Positions 48,722 to 61,875 are shown, counted from the first letter of the stretch. The stretch: DNA of 64,000 nt from Takakia lepidozioides (GCA_030704615.1 CM060733.1:69316001-69380000); one strand, 5' to 3'. A program made the numbers and translations. Notes: generated by a model from the sequence alone, not told the origin.

Positions 48722-51700
48722 TCAAGCAGTCCGACCTGTATCCTGCCGTAGGGCCTTGTGCAGCTCGTTGAAACTCAGTGTTGGAGCATGGATGAAGACG
48801 TCCACTGCGGATATGCAACTCATGCGCTTCAGAAAAATATAATAAAGGTGTTTGCAGGGGACGTATGTTGCATTCTTCGATTCCATAACAAGGAAGTCCT
48901 CACAGTTGCAAGCTGGGTATTGAGAAACCGTGATTGCATACACGACACTGCGCGCAGCAGACCCGGCTGTTGACAATTGAAATATGTGCCCCATCCCGGG
49001 GTGAGGAACATCCCTGCAACCTTGCACTATGCAGGGCATTGCAAGAGCGTTGGTCATCCTGGTGTCGTTCGCCTTTGTTGGTGGCCGCCGTCTTTTCAGT
49101 TTCCCCCACCGATGGGTGGGCCAAGCTGCTGGGTCACCCACCGGTATGCGGGGCGAGCTTCTCGTGGGAGGAGGATGACGACGAGGAATTGGATTTCGTG
49201 GAACGTCTGTCCTCTCCACCAGTCGAAACCCTGCACTTCCTAGAGCGTCTGCCTCCTCCAGGGTAAGATCTGTACCAGTTGCCACAGGCCAGATTGCTGG
49301 TGGTTCAGGCATGCCTTGTATACCATACTTAGGCTTGCCGAACATACACGACATGATGTCGTGCCTGCAGAACCAAAACTCCTTCAGTGTGGCCTCCACA
49401 AACTTTGCGCACACAAATCTCTTTGTGAAGCAAGGGGCAGGCACATCGCCCTGCGGGCTCCTCCGAATCATCTCATTGCATCTCTGGTTGGTGTCGACAC
49501 GAACAGCACAACATTTGTCACGAAATGACGGACGGGTCCGTGCAATTATCCACTGCGAGGCCGACACATCTCGCTCCACAATTGGAATGCTGTATTGGGT
49601 AACGATAATAGGAGCAACATGCTCATCCTCGGCATGTTGTCCCGAGTCTAGCAGCGATTCCATGGATGCTGCAGGAGAGGGGGTACGAGTCATGCTGGGA
49701 GGAGGCGTGGGACGCAACATCGTTGCGCCCCAAGGTTGAGTGCGGATGTTCATATCTGATCTCCATGAATCACCGTCGCCTCCGGGCATGTCCACAATCC
49801 TTCTCTTCACCGGCCGGCTGCGGACATCGCCCTCCAGGCAGTTCCCCCGACTATGTAACGACGTTGACCTTATTGTTTCCCGCAATGCAGCAGTCCATTT
49901 TTTGGGATCGGTCGAACGACACGCCGCCCTCATCAGCATCTCTTGCCTGTCTGGTCCGATACCCCATTGCTTTCCTCCCAGAAAATGGTAGTAACGAGAT
50001 TGTTGCATGATGGCCCTCACAATATCTTCTGTTGTTGATGTCAACATGTCAACGAGATGTGCCGCAGAGGAAGCAAGCCAGGAAGAGTGCACCGATTCGG
50101 CGATGTTTGTTGTCGGCATATCCGTGTCATCCTCCAAGCTCATGTCCTGTTGAAGGAAATTAGAAATGTCACTTATTGTGGAGAATGTCCAAGCACAAAA
50201 CAGAACAATTGTCAAGTACATAAATGTGTTATCTGTCTCATGTAGTCTCCAAACTGGCGGAATCTATAGTGCCACCACGCAAGCCACGTTTGCAGTTCTG
50301 GCTGATCTTTCACATCCACTGCCCCTGAAGACACCCACCAGGCGCGTATGGTTGCAAACTCGGTCTCCGCCTCGTTGATGGAATTCGCATTTTTCCACGC
50401 AAGGCACATACTGATATGATCCTGCCGGTGGCGTGACGCCACGAACCTTTTCGTGTTTTGCGTCAAACTTTGCATGAAGTGGAACCCGCAAGATCTCTCC
50501 TTACCTTCCATTGGAGTCTTTGGGTCGTCCCCATATACCCTCCTCACTGCAGCCCAGTTCGCCTGGGCATTGTCAGCCATGAAGCCCCTAAAATCAGGAG
50601 GGGGCAACTTCGCTCTCGCCATTTGCTCATTAATTCCGCGCCACATATGCAACTCCGAATCTATGTCTTCTCCTTTCATTTTGCAGATAGCAATGGTCAT
50701 CAACTTTCTGCAATGTGGGTCGTACACATGTGCCCCTATTGTCACCCAATCGTGGTTGATAATTCGCCTGATGTGGTCGAACATGACCCAGCAATTTGAG
50801 AGGTCTCCACTGGTCATCCGCTTCACCAAATCGACACCGCTCCCCGGTCCGCACGTTGACATCTTGAATATAAGGCACCTGTCCATCTCTGAGCCTTGAC
50901 CAGGGAAGAAGCTGTCCTGGATGAAGTCGTAGCCACATGTGCGCTTCACTTCCAAGATGGAGTGCATGTCTGATCCTCTTCCGATTCGTTTCTTGCAGCC
51001 GACAATGTGGTTCCTGACATTGGGGCTGCACACATGGGAGACAGCTTCCAGCAGCTCCTTCATGTCCCCCTCGCCCAGCTTCTCTCTTGTGCTTCCGTCC
51101 TCCGACATTATTCTGTCAATTGCAATTCTATGTGCGGATGCGAACTGTATCTGCTTTGGTTTTGCTCCCGGCCTGAACCTCACCTCCTCCTTGATAATAT
51201 CGTGGGCTTGTTGAAAAGCGACTCTGCAATTGCCTCTGGCGACGGGGTGGTCATGCTTTCCGATGTGAATGCATGCTCTGGTGCACGCTGGGCCAACGGT
51301 CCCGACGTAGTACTGCTTGGCGTTGCACACTGCCATACACGTAGGGACTGCGTTGCAATGGGCACAGTTGAACGTCCCTGCAGGCCAAAATAGGATCGAC
51401 GAATTGCCAATCCAGTCTGTCTCATTCCGGGTGCCTTTGCTCGTGTAATGGTAACATGTGCTCGAGAAAAACATTTAAGATGCCTAACACACAATACATA
51501 TCTCACTCGAACTCCGTCACCCAGGTTGGACGATGAAGTTTTGGTGACACACCAAGGGTGGCCGTCATGTTTCCTGTTCATTCCTGCCAGCATGCCGTCT
51601 GGGCCTGCGCCTGCCGGCACTGGAGGGAACTCGTAGATAGCATTCCCATCTACAACTTCAGGCAAAGTTTCCACAGAATGGATTGGAGTTTTGTCATAAT

Positions 51701-52334
51701 CAAGCCTAAGAAGGTCACTGGAGCGGGAACCCGCTGTCTTCATCCTCCGCAATATGTCCATTACTGAGCAGACGGAAGTTGAGTCGGAGGGTGTGTGCTC
51801 ATTGTTTGCCGACTTCTGAAGACTCCTAATGACGGACGACTTCGAAACAAACGATGGAAGGACCATACAGTCTTCATCGTCACTGGATAAGTCGTGGACG
51901 ACTGTTTCCCTGTTTTCCTGGATTTTCCTTTTCACATATTTGGGCTTCTCTGCTTGTGAAGAGGTGCCCACATCTTTCATGGCAGACTTCACATCTTGCA
52001 CGCCAGACCCTCTTGTGGAAGGATGATCAACCAAGTTCCAGCGTGGGAACTCTTTAGGCATGATTTCACCAATTGCACTGTATCGGATGGATTCAGAAGC
52101 TGGGAGCCGCCACTCTTTGCCCTTTCCGAAATCTGCATGCAGAATGACGGCACTTTCCAGAAAATTTCCATAAGCATCCTTCGTCTCCTCTTCCAAAAAC
52201 ACCGTTCCAAGGCGGAGCTCGAACTTCACACACAAGTACTGCTCAGTGACAATCGCAAATCCTTGGTCGCAGGGTATTTTAGCTTTCAGAGAATCAGGAT
52301 GGAAGTACACGTTTACCCAAACACGGGAGTCCAT
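48722..52334 (-). pseudogene. Mutator-like DDE transposase, paralog A (WRKY/GCM-like Zn domain, MULE core, SWIM); 2 exons
   Basis: HDGHPW...C...HIGKHDHP; WVMFDH (D1), FMADNA (D2), SCGFH (CxxH), PTTNIAES (E); CNCEDF...PCKHLYY (SWIM). Frameshift ~51470; intron 50147-50232 with donor mutated GT>AT. Confidence 0.85.
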
Positions 52335-52582
52335 GTTGAAGACGGCAACTCTCGGTACGCTCCGCAGCGAAGTCCTGCAATGAGAAGAGTGTGTCCTACA
52401 TAAAACCACAATCATTTTATGGATGATTCTATATCCAACAGGATGGGTGATCAGTGCACGTATGGATGAAGGTGTGTACCGTACGTTACAAATACGGATG
52501 ACCACAACAAGTTCACATCGGATATTTGGTGCCTAAATTGTGATGTACCACTAGTTGGGCTACAATAAATCATGCCTTCTCA

Positions 52583-54270
52583 TGGATTTCGGCACCGAAA
52601 TCTGGATGAATATCTCTGTCATGTAACAGATTTGGAAGCCAGGGGATGAATTCCGGCGACAGAAATCAAAATTTGTTCACCTCATGAAACTAAGTAAGCA
52701 CCCGACGGATGGATTTCAGTGCCGAAATTCGGATGAACATGTTCTTCATGAAATTGTTTCTGCACACAAGGGATGAATTTCGGCGCCGAAATACGGATGA
52801 ATGTGTTCGTGATTACAGTCATGATTCACCACGTGTCTGGATTTCGGTGCCGACATCCGAATGACATTAATCCTGAATCGACAGTAGGGATGAATTTCGG
52901 CGCCGAAATTCATCGTTCGCATGAGAAAAAAATTGTTGGAGGGACGACGTTGGATGAATTTTGGAGCCGAAATTCATTTTTATTTTTATTTTCCGACCCT
53001 AATTCTACTGTCCTGCGGAAATTTCATCGCCGAAATTCATCCGAAGTCCTCCCTTCATTTTTTTTTCCTTGCGACAGATGAATTTCGGTGCCGAAATTCA
53101 TCCAAGTCCTCGCTTCTAATTTTCTTTTTTCTTCACGAGCAATGAATTTCGGCGCCGAAATTCATCCAAGTCCTCGTTTCTAATTTTCTTTTTTCTTCGC
53201 AAGCAATGAATTTCGGCGCCGAAATTCATCCGAAGTCATCCCTCCAATTTCTTTTAAAGGATTGAGCGCTGGATTTCGGCGCCGAAATTCATCCAATGCC
53301 CTCCCTCCAATATTTATTTCTCTTTGAAATGGATAATTTCGGTGCCGAAATCGTCCTTACTGTCCGCAATGGGTAACTCTAATATTACATTTTCTATGCG
53401 ACGGATGAATTTCGGTGCCGAAATTCGACCGAACCTGACACTTACTTCTTGCTTCTGGATGATGTAATGTTCTGAAATTCGTTTGAAATAACCCATTCAG
53501 ATAAAGATAAAACGAATATTCTGCATTAAATGGAGAAATCGGCACATTCAACCCCTTATGTCTTACAAAAGGCCGTTATCGAATGACAAAAAGGGATATT
53601 TTTTCATGTTGGGGGAAAATTAATTGCATTTAAGCCGTTGTTTTCATTTGAAACTGACAGTATCCATTAAGTTGTCATTTTCCGCACAGGACGTTGCCGC
53701 ACATAAAGTATAATTCCGGCGCCAAAATTATACTAAACAGTCCATACATGGCAAGTCCAACAGGCATAGACAGCAACCGTGAGGGGCAATGATGGCAGCA
53801 AAGCGTAGCATGGTGCCGATTTTGTCTTCGCGCTGGATGTATTTCGGCGCCGAAATATGGATGATTTCACCTCGTCTACACGCGGACGGAGATATTCTTA
53901 ATGAATTTTGGCGCCCAAATATGGATGAAATGTGCCCAAGTGCAGCCGTCTCCACTGTCCCGGAATTAATTCCGGCTCCGATATCCGATTGACAGGTTTG
54001 CTCATGACGGATGAGGACCGGGGAAGCGATGAATTGCGGCGCCGAAATTCATAAGTTTGTGTATGAAAGCACTTGCATAGGATGAATTTCGGCGCCGAAA
54101 TTTCATCCGTCCGCTGATGAAACGTACCGACCCGACTGTTGAATGTCATAGGCAGGGGATTTTCATGGCGGTTGGGTTTCATGATGTGCGGATAGTTCAT
54201 TCAATGCCGGCTGCTCTGGGAACAGCATCCGGTGAACGGAACGGTATTTTGGCGCCGCAATTCGGATAAA
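52583..54270. repeat. Array of ~21 GGATGAATTTCGGCGCCGAAATTCATCC-type palindromes (type A)
   Basis: Dyad centres near 52593, 52657, 52720, 52784, 52848, 52901, 52965, 53028, 53089, 53153, 53217, 53280, 53343, 53416, 53720, 53848, 53912, 53976, 54040, 54093 and 54253. Confidence 0.93.
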
Positions 54271-54705
54271 GCGTCTTCTACTGGTGGCTTGAACAGGCAC
54301 GCGTCGTGTTTCAGTCCACTTCATCCGTGCGAACGTGTCAGGGGTCGCAATCTCTTCATCACCCATACGGCAGAAAGTGGTGGACGGTGGCAACGCTTCG
54401 GGAGACGTGGCTGCTTACACATCTGCTCGTGCACAGTGGTTGCATGTTCCACCGCTTCGCTCTCTCGCTCCTTGCCCTTCTGCAGTAACATTCTCCTGCG
54501 TTTCCTCTCCTTATGCAGCATAGTGATAGCATAGAGTTTGTGGAAGGTCAGGCGACTCCGGCGCAGAGAAAAGGGACGCGGGATTTTGGGAAGCCGCCGA
54601 CGACACAACTTAAGCTCCGTCTCATGCAGGAAATGCAGACCTCGTTATCCGGAGACTCGGATCGCCCACCAGTGAGAGATTCGTGCTTCGCGGATGTGAG
54701 GTTTA

Positions 54706-54950
54706 CTATTTCATGAGCAGAAACCATGAGCCATGAGCCATAAGCCGCATGAGCGGTGAGCCGAAGTCTAAGATACGCGGATTTCATGAGCGGACTCCTC
54801 CAAATTTGGAAATGCGGCAGATTAAACAAGTATTAAAATAATAGTTTTTTATTTGACCTTGCCGTTTTTGGACGTTCCAGATCATGTAATGCGGCGAAGA
54901 TATGTCGTCAGTAACAAGTCCGCTCATGGTTTTTTAGATCCGCTCATGGA
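54706..54950. repeat. CATGAGC-motif cluster, probable DNA-transposon/MITE terminus
   Basis: Begins CTATTTCATGAGC; repeated CATGAGC(C/G) and CCGCTCATGG. Confidence 0.6.
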
Positions 54951-55539
54951 AATAAGTGACCGTGCAACGGGAAATCCAGTATACCACTGCAAAAGGACGT
55001 CGCACACTGGCCTGTATAGAGTATTCCGCGGTTTTACATGCCTTAACATTGGAATGAAGCTGACCCTTTTGCCGCGATTGAACCAATGGAGTCTGCACCA
55101 ATACAGTCTGCAGTACTTCACAATTCTGTCTTCTTCGGGTATTCGGCGGGAAATGTTTGCAACTGAACTGGGAAATAGGGTGCCGCATTAGGGTTCGCAC
55201 GTGCGAAATTTCGGAGCGGTTTGGTGTTGGCGAAGGCCGCCTCTGGGGGTACCTACGACGATACTTGGAAATGCGGCGCCGCATTTCCTTGTCGGAGGTC
55301 GAATGAGGAAAGCAAGTTTTCGGAAAGCAGAAAAACATGAACCCTCCAACATACAAAAATACATGCACGTGGAAACAAGTGAACGATATAGTAATATCTT
55401 AGTTCGAGCAAAACAGGTTACTGGTAGGCAAGACATATGTCGGACCTTTGTGTGGCCAGAGTCTGAGGTACTGGCAGCAGTACAGTTCTACTATCCGAAA
55501 AGGATGGGCGTACCATTGTATGTGGACCGCAAGCCAAGC

Positions 55540-58500
55540 TCACTGGTCCCCTGGATCCATATTCAGAAGAGTGTCAACCTCCTGGGGGCTCAACCCTGGT
55601 GCATGTATGAAGTGATGAGTTGTGGAATTACAACGGAGTCTCTTTAGGTACACGTAGTACAAATGCTTGCAAGGGCAGTATGATGTCCCCTTGTTCGCCA
55701 TGATCTGGAAGTCGGTGCAATTGCAGGTGGGTAATTCTGAAATGGTGATGGTGTACACCTCATTGCGAACAGCTGAGCCCGCCGTGGCCATTTGATACAC
55801 ACGCCCGAATCCTGGTGGGGGCACTTCTGTCGAGCTCTGGATTGTACAGTTCATCCGAAGTGCATTCCCCATCCTTGTCTCGTTCACTTTTGAGGGAGGT
55901 CGCCGCCTCTTCGGTTTCCCCCAACGGTGTGTAGGATGCTTAGAGCTGTCGTGTCCCATTGTTCTTGCTCTCACAGGGGTCGGTGGTGGAGGCTGTGGAA
56001 GCGGAAATGGTTCTCTGGGGACGTCAGTGCGCTGCACCATCCGAAATCCTGCGGCGGTAAGGGCGTCGGCCTCAACCTGACTCAGATCGCAGCCTGGTTC
56101 CACCGGCCACACCGGGGGAGCCTCTGGCATTGTCTGTATGCCGTACTTGGGCTTTCCATACACGCAAGTCATAATGTCGTGCCTGCAGAACCAGAACTGG
56201 GTGGTTGTCGCCTCCGCAAACTTTGCATGGACAAATCTTCCTGTAAAAGTAGGAGCAGGGACAGCCCCATCTGGATTCCTCCTTATCATCTCTAAACAAC
56301 GTTGCCGTGTATCCACACGAATTGCGGAACACCTTCCTCGAAACGACGGCTTTGTGCGAGCAATTCTCCACTGTGATGCAGACACAGTCGTCTCCACAAT
56401 GGCTTGGCCATACTGCATAACAGCGGGCGGAATGTGGGGCAAGGGAGTGGTGGGAATTTGTTGCACGAAATCCCCGGTTGAAGGCGACGGCGATCTGGAA
56501 TTTCTTGGGCTTCCACTGCTGGAAGACACATTGTGCGGCAACATGACGGGACCTCGAGGTGCTGTCCGAATGTTCCTGTCGGATCTCCAGGAATCCTCTT
56601 CGCACCCGGGTTCCTCTTCAATCCTCCGCCTGACAGGGCGAGTCCGGACGTCCCCCTCTAGGTGTTCACCTCTGCGGTGCAGAGGCGTCCCTTTGATCTT
56701 CTCTCGCAATGCTGTCGCCCATTTCACTGGATTCTTGGACCTCGAAGCTGTTCGTACCAACAATTCCTCCCTGTCTGGCCCAAAGCCCCATTGTTTGCCG
56801 CTCAGGAACTTGTAGTACGTGGCTTGCTGCATGATTGCTCTGTCGATGTCCTCCGTTGTGGCCGTCACTACGTCCACCAGATGTGCGGCAGAAGACGCTC
56901 GCCAGGAGGAGTGGACCGATTCTGCCATATTCGTGTTCGGCATGTCCGTGTCGGAATCCAAGCACCGCTCCTAGAAGGACACAAACAATGGTGAGGGACC
57001 AATCGAAATGTCCGTAACAGAAAGACAAATGAACGAAATTGACAGCAGCCTACCTCCCGCATGTACTGTCCGAACTGTCGATACCGAAAATGCCACCACC
57101 CCAACCAGCTGTGCAATGCTCCCAGATTGGTTGTCTCCACTGCACCTGACGTGTTCCACCAAGCCTCGATGATAGCAAACTTAACCTCCGCGTCATCAAA
57201 TGTGGGTGCATCCTTCCACGCCGTACAAAGGACACGGTGTTCAGCCTGGAATGAGCTAGCAACAAATTTGGTAGTGTAGTGGGATAGACTCTGCATCCAA
57301 TGGAATCCACAGGATCTCTCTTTCCCCTCCATTGGAACATTGGGGTCCTCACCGTACACACGCCGCACCGCTGCCCAGTTGGCCTGAGCGTTGTCTGCCA
57401 TGAATCCCCTGAAATTGGGCTCTGGCAATCCCGCCCTTGCCATCTGCTCGTTTATGCCCTCCCACAGATGCATCTCGGACTGTGTGTCCTCCCCTTTCAT
57501 CTCGCAGATTGCAATCGTCATGAGCCTCTTGGAGTGATAGTCATAAACATGCGCACCCATAGTCACCCACTGATGGTTTGTAATTCGCTTGATGTGATCA
57601 AACATCACCCAAGCATTCGACAAGTTTCCAGTTGTCATGCGAGTGACCAAGTCGACTCCACTCCCAGGCCCACACGTCGACATTTTGAAAATGTAACAAC
57701 GATCGGATTCGCTGCCTTGCCCTGGAAACCTGCTACCTTGGATGTAGTCATATCCAGTCATTCGTTTCACCTCCAGGATTGAGTACATGTCCGACCCCCT
57801 GCCGAACTCCTGCTTGCAAGATACGATGTGATTCCGCACATTCGGACTACAAACGTGCGAGACGGACTCCAAGAGGTCCCCATCTCGTCTTCGGTCAAGG
57901 GCTCTCGGTCGGAACCATCTTCAGACATGATTTTGCCAAGAGCAATCTTGTGAGCTGCCTTCAGCTGAATCTGCTTTGGTCTGGCTCCGGGGCTCAATTT
58001 CACCTCCTCTTTTATGATGTCGTGTGCTTCCTGCACAGCCTCACGCATGTTGCCTCTCGCCAAGGGGTGGCAGTGGACCCCAACGTGTATGCAAGCTCTA
58101 GTCAAGTCCGGGAGCAAATGGATAACGTAGTATTGCTTGGCTCTGCACATGGACATGCACGTTGGTGGTTCTTTGCAATGTGCACACTTGAAAGAACCCG
58201 CAGGAGCTTGGCTGGAGACAATGAATGGATGATGCGTTGTGCCAGTCCATCCGTCTCGTTTCTCCTTCTCCTCCGCCCTCCTTTGGAGAGAAAGTGGAAG
58301 CAGGTGGGATTGAGGCACCTCAGCTTCCCCGCACAGAGGACATATCGTACACGAACACCATCAGCAATTTTCGTGCTACTGGTCTTCGTCACACACCAGG
58401 GGTGTCCGTCATGCTTTCGATCCATGTCTGTTAACATCCCAGAGGCTTTCTTTGACGAAGAAACAGGTGGAAACTCGAAGATGACATTGCCATCGACTTC

Positions 58501-59154
58501 GGGAGGCAGAAACGTTACCTTTCTGACTGGGAATTTGGCATAGTCGAGAGCAGCCAGCTCGGAGCGAGAACCATCGAGGTGATGTTGTCGTAGGAGCTGC
58601 ACAATGGACCGGGTTGGAGTTATGCTCGAGGGCACATTCGTAGCACCTACAGAGACGTCCATGCCGGATTTGAACGACCGTGTGGAGGACATGGGTACCT
58701 CAATGCAATCATCTTCCTCGTCGGAAATGTCGAATACGTCCACACGAGAAGCTATGGAGGGTCTTGACGGTCCAGGTCGGGAATGATTATCGTTGCATAC
58801 CTCTCTGTTGGCAGTGGCCGCCTCTCGGTTTCCGGACTCCTTTGTGGATGGTGTGGGCAGCGACTGATTCGGAAAGGGAATGGGCATTCCCACAGCTCGG
58901 TACAGGATGGTGTCTGACGGGGGAACGTGCCATTCGATTCCGCAACCTCCGTCGTTACCTAGCACGACAATGGTCTCGTCAACCTGTCCAGGAACATCCT
59001 TCCTTTCTTCTTCCAAATAAACTGTGCCCGGTTTGAGCTTGAATTTGGAACAAAGGTAAGTTTCAGTCACTCTGCAAAGTCCTCCCTCGTTTGGGATCCA
59101 GGCTCTCCCAAGTTGCGGAGGACAGCAAACTATAGCGTAGGAATTCGGAGCCAT
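55540..59154 (-). pseudogene. Mutator-like DDE transposase, paralog B; 2 exons
   Basis: Collinear with paralog A: HDGHPW, HVGVHCHP, WVMFDH, FMADNA, SCGFH, PNTNMAES, CNCTDF...PCKHLYY. GT-AG intron 56971-57053 at the same position; frameshifts ~58270 and ~57875. Confidence 0.87.
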
Positions 59155-59580
59155 CGAACACCGCACGGAGTTGGCAAGTGCGAGGTTCAGTATAGCGACA
59201 GACCAAGGCTCACAGGCACCATCTAAGTGGATCTGCGGAGTCCATCGACGATTGGAAGTCGCACATTGAAGTGGAAAGTATTGTTTCAAGCTACATGCAT
59301 GAAGGTGGGAGGTTTGATTCCATAGCCAGTGAGTATGACAATGATGGCCGATTCGGCGACGAAATAACATCTCCTGACAGTTTCTCCTGAGGGTGGATCC
59401 AGCAGTATTCTCGGTGCAGACAGGAACGTTCGCACTGACAAGTGCCAGGACTGCTGGTTAAAACGGTCAGACAACCAAGTTGTGCTCATCAAGACTGGCC
59501 GCAATTGTGTTTTTCGGAACAATGCAACCCATTCAGGTTCCAGATTTCCCGTCCCGAGTGATTCTTTCGATTGCTGGTGG

Positions 59581-61230
59581 ACGGAAATACGGCGCCGCAT
59601 TTCCGTATTGCATCTTGGTCATGCACCAGAGCGACGGAAATGCGGCACCGAGTTTCCGTCCGGGGGAAACCTTTATACTCTCCAGAACGGAAATGCGGTA
59701 ACGCATTTCCATCCAGCAAGCACGGTATGTGAAGGTGGAACGGAAATGCGGTACCGCATTTCCGTTCTGATTGAGATTTATGAACAACGGGAACAGAAAT
59801 GCGGCACCGCATTTCCGTCCGAGTCGCACTTTTCCGACATTTCAGAACGGAAAAGCGGCGCCGCATTTCCATTTTGTATCTGATGCATGGAGCTGAGGGA
59901 TTGAAATGCTGCAGCACATTTCCGTCCTTAAAAGACATTCATACTCTCCAGAACGGAAATGCGGTACCGCATTTCCGTTCTGATTGAGATTATGAACAAC
60001 GGGAACAGAAATGCGGCACCGCATTTCCGTCCGAGTCGCACTTTTCGACATTCCAGAACGGAAATGCGGCGCCGCATTTCCATTTTGTATCTGATGCATG
60101 GAGCCGAGTGCGATTCCGACAGCTTCATACAGCGCAATTCCGACCGCTTGAGACATTCATACTATCCAGAACGGAAATGCGGCAACGCATTTCCGTTCTG
60201 ACTGAAAATCGTGAACCATCTGAACTAAATGCGGCACCGTATTTCCATCCGAGTCGCACCTACCAACATTTCAGAACGGAAATGCGGTACCGCATTTCCG
60301 TTCTGACTGAAAATCGTGAACCATCGGAACTGAAATGCGGCAACGCATTTCCATCCGAGTCGCACCTCCCAACATTCGAACGGAATGTATTAGATTCAAA
60401 AGGGAAATGCGGCACCGCATTTCCGTTCTGATGAAATATCCTGAAACCTCGGAACTGAAATGCGGTACCGCATTTCCGTCGGAGTCGCACCTTCCGACAT
60501 TCCAAACGGAAATGCGGCGCCGCATTTCCGTTTTGTATGTGAGGCATGGAGCTGTGGAACGAAAATGCGGCACGGATTTCCGCCAGCGTCAGACGTTAAT
60601 ACTCTACAGAACGGAAATGCGGTACCGCATTTCCATTCTGACTGAAAATCGTGCGCAACGGGAACAGAAATCCGGCACCGCATTTCCGTTCGAGTCGCAC
60701 CTTCCGACATTCTAGAACGGAAATGCGGCGCCGCATTTCCGTTTTGTATATTGGGGCCTGGAGCTGTGCTACGAAAATGTGTACCCGCATTTCCATCCAT
60801 GTGAGACCTTCAAACTTTCCGGACCGGAAATGCGGCACCGCATTTCTGTCCAGGTGAGACCTCTATACTTTCCCGAACGGAAATGTGGCACGGCATTTCC
60901 ATTCATCATCTAACGGATGTGAAGTGGGAACGGAAATGCGGTACCGCATTTCCGTTCACATTGAAAATCATGAACCACGGGAACTGAAATGTTGTGCCTC
61001 ATTCCGTCCCAATCGCACCTTTCGACATTCCAGAACGGAAATGCGGCGCCGCATTTCCCTTTTGAATCTCATACTTGGAGCTGTGGGACGGAAATGCGGC
61101 ACCGTATTTCCGTTCAACAACTAAGGTATGTGAAGGTGGAACGGAAATGCGGTGCCGCATTTTCTTCCAACAAGTACGGATGTGTAGCAGAGTGATCGTA
61201 CTTAACGGAAATGCGGCGCCGCATTCGCAT
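59581..61230. repeat. Array of ~30 (AAC)GGAAATGCGGYRCCGCATTTCC(GTT) palindromes at 53-bp period (type B)
   Basis: Centres 59593, 59646, 59699, 59752, 59805, 59859, 59912, 59965, 60017, 60070, ... 61047, 61100, 61153, 61217; the ~30-bp spacers fall into about 5 recurring classes. Confidence 0.96.
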
Positions 61231-61875
61231 TTTCGCTCCAACTGATCAGACGCTGGGACGGAAATACCTTGAAATGTGAACACGTGGAGCAACGGAATTG
61301 CTGCACATGTCGGCACTCTATCTGACTGAAGGGGCATGAGGCGGCGCGGCCTGACCGTTGATAATGATAATGATGTTTGTTTTTCGGACGGCAGGCGTAC
61401 CCTCAACGATTCGAATTTCGTAATGACGCAAACTCCCGAGGAGACACTTTCGTCCAACCCTTTCGAACCCAAGTGGTGCATCACCGCCGTTTCATCTACT
61501 TTTGTCGTGTCTCCTCAGTCACCCCTCTCGCGCCCTTTCCATCTGCACTCTTTGCCCTTTTCCCTCTCTCTGTTCTTCTTATGCTCGAACCTGAGAGGGG
61601 GGAGTTCGTGCACCAGACAGGAGACCTCGTCGCAAGCTCCGGAAATTATACTTCGGACGTAGGCCAATGCCGAAGGGGAGGAAGCAGATGCGTCTACAGG
61701 AGGAGATTGCCATCTCCGAGCAGCAGGCCACTCAGGCAACCCAGCCACCAGTGAGAGCTCCATGCGATCGGGCTGCGCGCAGCTGATCGAGCACCGAACC
61801 CCCCATTTTGCTTCTGTAATTCTTAGACTGAATGCTAGGAGACTTGAATGCAGAACATGTTTGCATGCCTAACAG

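Noticed and set aside
52583-54270. CRISPR array (type-A palindromes with mostly unique spacers)
   Set aside because: Repeats are too degenerate, several spacers are T-rich duplicates, no leader or cas genes; better explained as phased binding sites.
59581-61230. CRISPR array (palindromic ~24-bp repeats with ~30-bp spacers)
   Set aside because: Spacers recur in a few classes as higher-order repeats, the repeats are loop-less perfect dyads with a variable centre, there are no cas genes, and the context is spliced eukaryotic DNA.
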